A stretch of 63,976 nucleotides of DNA, the filler included, from Ionaspis alba (taxonomy: Eukaryota), in NCBI GenBank assembly GCA_964255285.1. It is 4 parts of 4 records of this genome, joined end to end, with 100 filler letters (N's around TTAATTAATTAA, not from the genome) between each part and the next. Parts side by side here need not be neighbours in the genome. Positions count along the whole stretch, not along the records: positions 48,430 to 63,976 come from CAXUUL010000371.1; 3 more parts are not named here. The stretch is one strand, 5' to 3'. The translations under genes were made by a program, and so were the position numbers. Positions 61,155-63,976 of the stretch are shown here, one piece after another. Every line of letters starts with the position of its first letter. The stretch's first letter is position 1. The notes beneath the pieces are model-generated. The model was given only the letters and a program-made list of their open reading frames with translations, was not told where the DNA came from and made no database searches.

Positions 61155-63976
61155 ATGATGGAGTATCAAGGTTCAATTCAGTCCGCGCAGTCCGAAAAGC
61201 CCGACTCGACTCGATTGCCAGATCCCACTTCAGACCTCGATTGGTCTGGCTTTCGGGGCGCAATGCATGATATCTTTTCCTTCAATGCCGAGAAGCACCC
61301 AGCAAGGAGATGCGTCGTAGAGACTGCGTCAGAGTCCAGTCCTCAGCGAGAGTTCTCCTACTGTCAGATAAACGAGGCCTCGAACATCTTGGCGCATCAC
61401 TTGGTCGACACCGGAATCAAACTAGGTGATGTCGTTATGGTATATGCTTATCGTGGAGTGGATCTGGTAGTGGCAGTAATGGGAGTTTTGAAAGCTGGAG
61501 CTACTTTCTCGGTCATCGATCCTGCTTATCCGCCGGAAAGGCAGAAGATCTACTTGGAAGTCGCTCAGCCAAAGGCATTGGTCAACATCAAAAAAGCCAC
61601 TATTGAGGCTGGTCAACTGTCGCAGGTTGTCCGGGACTACATTGACAAAGAGCTGCATTTGAAGACAGAAGTTCCTGCACTTCGTCTTGGGAATGATGGT
61701 TATCTCTCTGGAGGGAAAACAGATGGTCGTGATGTGCTCGACCAGCAAAGAGAGCGGTCATCTAAGCTGCCTGACGTTCTTGTCGGTCCCGACTCAAACC
61801 CGACCCTCTCGTTTACTTCAGGCTCGGAGGGACGACCGAAGGGAGTCCTTGGACGACATTTCTCTTTGGCATACTACTTCCCTTGGATGGCAGAAAGGTT
61901 TGGACTTAATCAAGAAGATCGCTTCACCATGCTCTCTGGCATTGCTCATGATCCGATCCAAAGAGATATTTTCACACCACTCTTCCTCGGCGCACAGCTA
62001 CTCGTGCCATCCAAGGAGGACATTCAACATGAACGTCTAGCAGAATGGATGCGTAGATATGGAGCTACTGTTACCCATTTGACACCTGCCATGGGCCAAA
62101 TTCTGGTTGGAGGTGCTACAGCTCAATTCCCATCCCTCAAGCGTGCCTTCTTTGTTGGAGATATTCTCACGAAGAGAGACTGTAACTTACTGCGAAATTT
62201 AAGTCCCAACGTCAATATCGTCAATATGTATGGAACAACAGAGACACAAAGGGCGGTTAGTTTCTTTGAGATTCCGAGCACCAGTCGAGATCCGCACTTC
62301 CTGGACGAGATGAAGGACGTGATTCCTGCAGGAAGGGGCATGCACAATGTTCAGCTACTAGTCGTCGATCAAAGAGACCGCACGAAGCAGTGTGCCGTAG
62401 GACAGATTGGAGAAATCTATGTTCGAGCTGGTGGTTTAGCTGAAGGTTACTTGGGCGACAATGCGATGAATGAGAAGAAGTTTGTGCAGAACTGGTTCAC
62501 TGATCTCAGCACTTGGGTAGAAGAGGATAAAAAACGAAGCCGGGAAAGTGGCAGTCCGGAACCCTGGAGGAAGCTCTACAAAGGGCCACGCGATCGTCTT
62601 TATCGCACGGGTGATCTAGGGAGATATCTTCCAAGTGGAGATGTCGAGTGCACAGGTCGTGCCGATGATCAGGTCAAGATCAGAGGCTTCCGAATTGAGC
62701 TCGGAGACATAAACAGTCATTTATCACAGCACAAGCTCATACGGGATAGTGTGACTCTAGTGCGAAGAAATAAAGATGAGGAGCCGATTCTTGTTAGCTA
62801 CATCGTGCCGGAGCTCAAGCAGTGGCCAAATTGGCTGTCTGCGAGAGATCTGAAGGACTCCCCAGAAGATGACACAATGGTAGGTATGCTTCGACGCTTC
62901 CGACCACTTCAAGACGAAGTTAGGAACCACTTGAAGGGAAAACTTCCTTCTTATGCTGTCCCTACCCATTTCATCCCGCTCCCAAAATTGCCACTGAATC
63001 CAAATGGTAAGGTAGACAAGCCCGCACTTCCATTCCCAGATATAACGGAAATTACGGCGGCTGCCCCCGAATCGTCTCTCGAAGCTTGGAATGCGCTGTC
63101 GGATACAGAAAGAACGGTGGCAACTATATGGGGTGATCTAATATCTGGATGCAATCCGAAGACCATTGGAGCTAAGGATTCCTTCTTCGATCTGGGTGGC
63201 CACAGCATTCTAGCCCAGCAAATGTTGCTCACGTTGAAGCGCAAAATGAATGGAGTACAGCCTCCAATGGCCTCACTGTTTCGAGATCCCACATTGAGCG
63301 GCTTTTCTAAAGAAATTGATCGACTTCAGGATCCTGCATCCACGTCGGCACGACTTGACGGACGCAAGGATCAGGAAGCCGGACAGATCAACGGAGACAA
63401 GTATGGACACGAAGAGGACTATGCCATGGATGCTCGTCGGCTGACGGAGGACTTACCACGGCATTTCCAGCCGGCAGGTAAGCTGGATCAGTCTCATCCT
63501 GTGACTGTTTTCCTGACCGGAGCCTCTGGTTTCCTGGGAGCCTACATCCTTCGAGATCTACTCAGTCGAACGAACCCTTCGATGCATGTCATTGCTCACG
63601 TCCGTGCCAAGTCAAACGGAGCTGCCCTCCGTCGGTTGGAAGACTCTTGCACGGCCTTTGGCATATGGTCGCCGACCTGGCGCGAGCGTCTGTCGTGTGT
63701 GACTGGAAGCTTAGGCGAACCCAATCTGGGACTCTCATCCGAGGGTTGGTCCAGTCTAGTGGAGAAGGTAGACGTCGTCATCCATAATGGGGCTCAGGTC
63801 CACTGGGTGTACCCATACACGAAGCTGAGGCCAGTCAATGTTCAGGGCACCATAGATACACTCCGGCTCTGCGCGACTGGCAAGTTGAAGCGTTATGCTT
63901 TCGTCAGCTCGACAAGTGTCATCGATACCGACCACTACGTACAGCTTTCCCGCCAGAGTCTTAAGAATGGTGGAAA
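61155..63976 (+). CDS. LYS2: L-2-aminoadipate reductase (NRPS-like A-PCP-R), 3' end beyond the window
   Basis: ATG at 61155; the ORF runs to the window end, so it is absent from the ORF track. Motifs LPDPTSDLDWSGFRGAMHDIF, LSFTSGSEGRPKGVLGRH, IAHDPIQRDIFTPLFLG, YRTGDLGRY, LNPNGKVDKPAL, PCP FFDLGGHS and reductase FLTGASGFLG. Confidence 0.95.
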   Translation, partial: MMEYQGSIQSAQSEKPDSTRLPDPTSDLDWSGFRGAMHDIFSFNAEKHPARRCVVETASESSPQREFSYCQINEASNILAHHLVDTGIKLGDVVMVYAYRGVDLVVAVMGVLKAGATFSVIDPAYPPERQKIYLEVAQPKALVNIKKATIEAGQLSQVVRDYIDKELHLKTEVPALRLGNDGYLSGGKTDGRDVLDQQRERSSKLPDVLVGPDSNPTLSFTSGSEGRPKGVLGRHFSLAYYFPWMAERFGLNQEDRFTMLSGIAHDPIQRDIFTPLFLGAQLLVPSKEDIQHERLAEWMRRYGATVTHLTPAMGQILVGGATAQFPSLKRAFFVGDILTKRDCNLLRNLSPNVNIVNMYGTTETQRAVSFFEIPSTSRDPHFLDEMKDVIPAGRGMHNVQLLVVDQRDRTKQCAVGQIGEIYVRAGGLAEGYLGDNAMNEKKFVQNWFTDLSTWVEEDKKRSRESGSPEPWRKLYKGPRDRLYRTGDLGRYLPSGDVECTGRADDQVKIRGFRIELGDINSHLSQHKLIRDSVTLVRRNKDEEPILVSYIVPELKQWPNWLSARDLKDSPEDDTMVGMLRRFRPLQDEVRNHLKGKLPSYAVPTHFIPLPKLPLNPNGKVDKPALPFPDITEITAAAPESSLEAWNALSDTERTVATIWGDLISGCNPKTIGAKDSFFDLGGHSILAQQMLLTLKRKMNGVQPPMASLFRDPTLSGFSKEIDRLQDPASTSARLDGRKDQEAGQINGDKYGHEEDYAMDARRLTEDLPRHFQPAGKLDQSHPVTVFLTGASGFLGAYILRDLLSRTNPSMHVIAHVRAKSNGAALRRLEDSCTAFGIWSPTWRERLSCVTGSLGEPNLGLSSEGWSSLVEKVDVVIHNGAQVHWVYPYTKLRPVNVQGTIDTLRLCATGKLKRYAFVSSTSVIDTDHYVQLSRQSLKNGG

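Noticed and set aside
61155..63976. NRPS-like gene as a secondary-metabolite core
   Set aside because: The signature motifs are those of the primary-metabolism aminoadipate reductase Lys2, and its neighbours are not tailoring genes.

Overview
Intron-containing filamentous ascomycete (Pezizomycotina) genomic DNA; the exact taxon cannot be fixed from sequence alone. The window is not one locus. Three 100-nt spacers (44N-TTAATTAATTAA-44N at 16167, 32255 and 48330) join four separate ~16 kb scaffolds. Three internal 100-N gaps are flanked by exact 55-bp duplications, which are assembler artefacts. Scaffold 1 holds a DUF7514-like gene, an Stc1-domain gene, an Ime2-like kinase, RRP42, a small Cys/His ORF and a gene or gene pair with two tandem F-box-like domains. 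Scaffold 2 holds a P450, an MFS exporter, a PTH11-like membrane protein, a divergent delta-12 desaturase (possible secondary-metabolite cluster edge) and a RhoGEF. Scaffold 3 holds EF-2, CSF1 and a TMEM184/HFL1-like gene. Scaffold 4 has an accessory region, then a KH protein, a type II membrane protein and a short-form LYS2. The most notable observation is in that accessory region: a head-to-head gene pair (48430-49180 minus; 50226-51057 plus). One gene encodes a secreted Kex2-type prepro-protein and the other a multi-pass membrane protein. They share a ~40-aa motif (DGSSW-x7-DVL...D-x4-NG) and an intron at the same position, making them a candidate toxin/immunity or ligand/receptor module. 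Two decayed F-box-like paralogues lie next to them.
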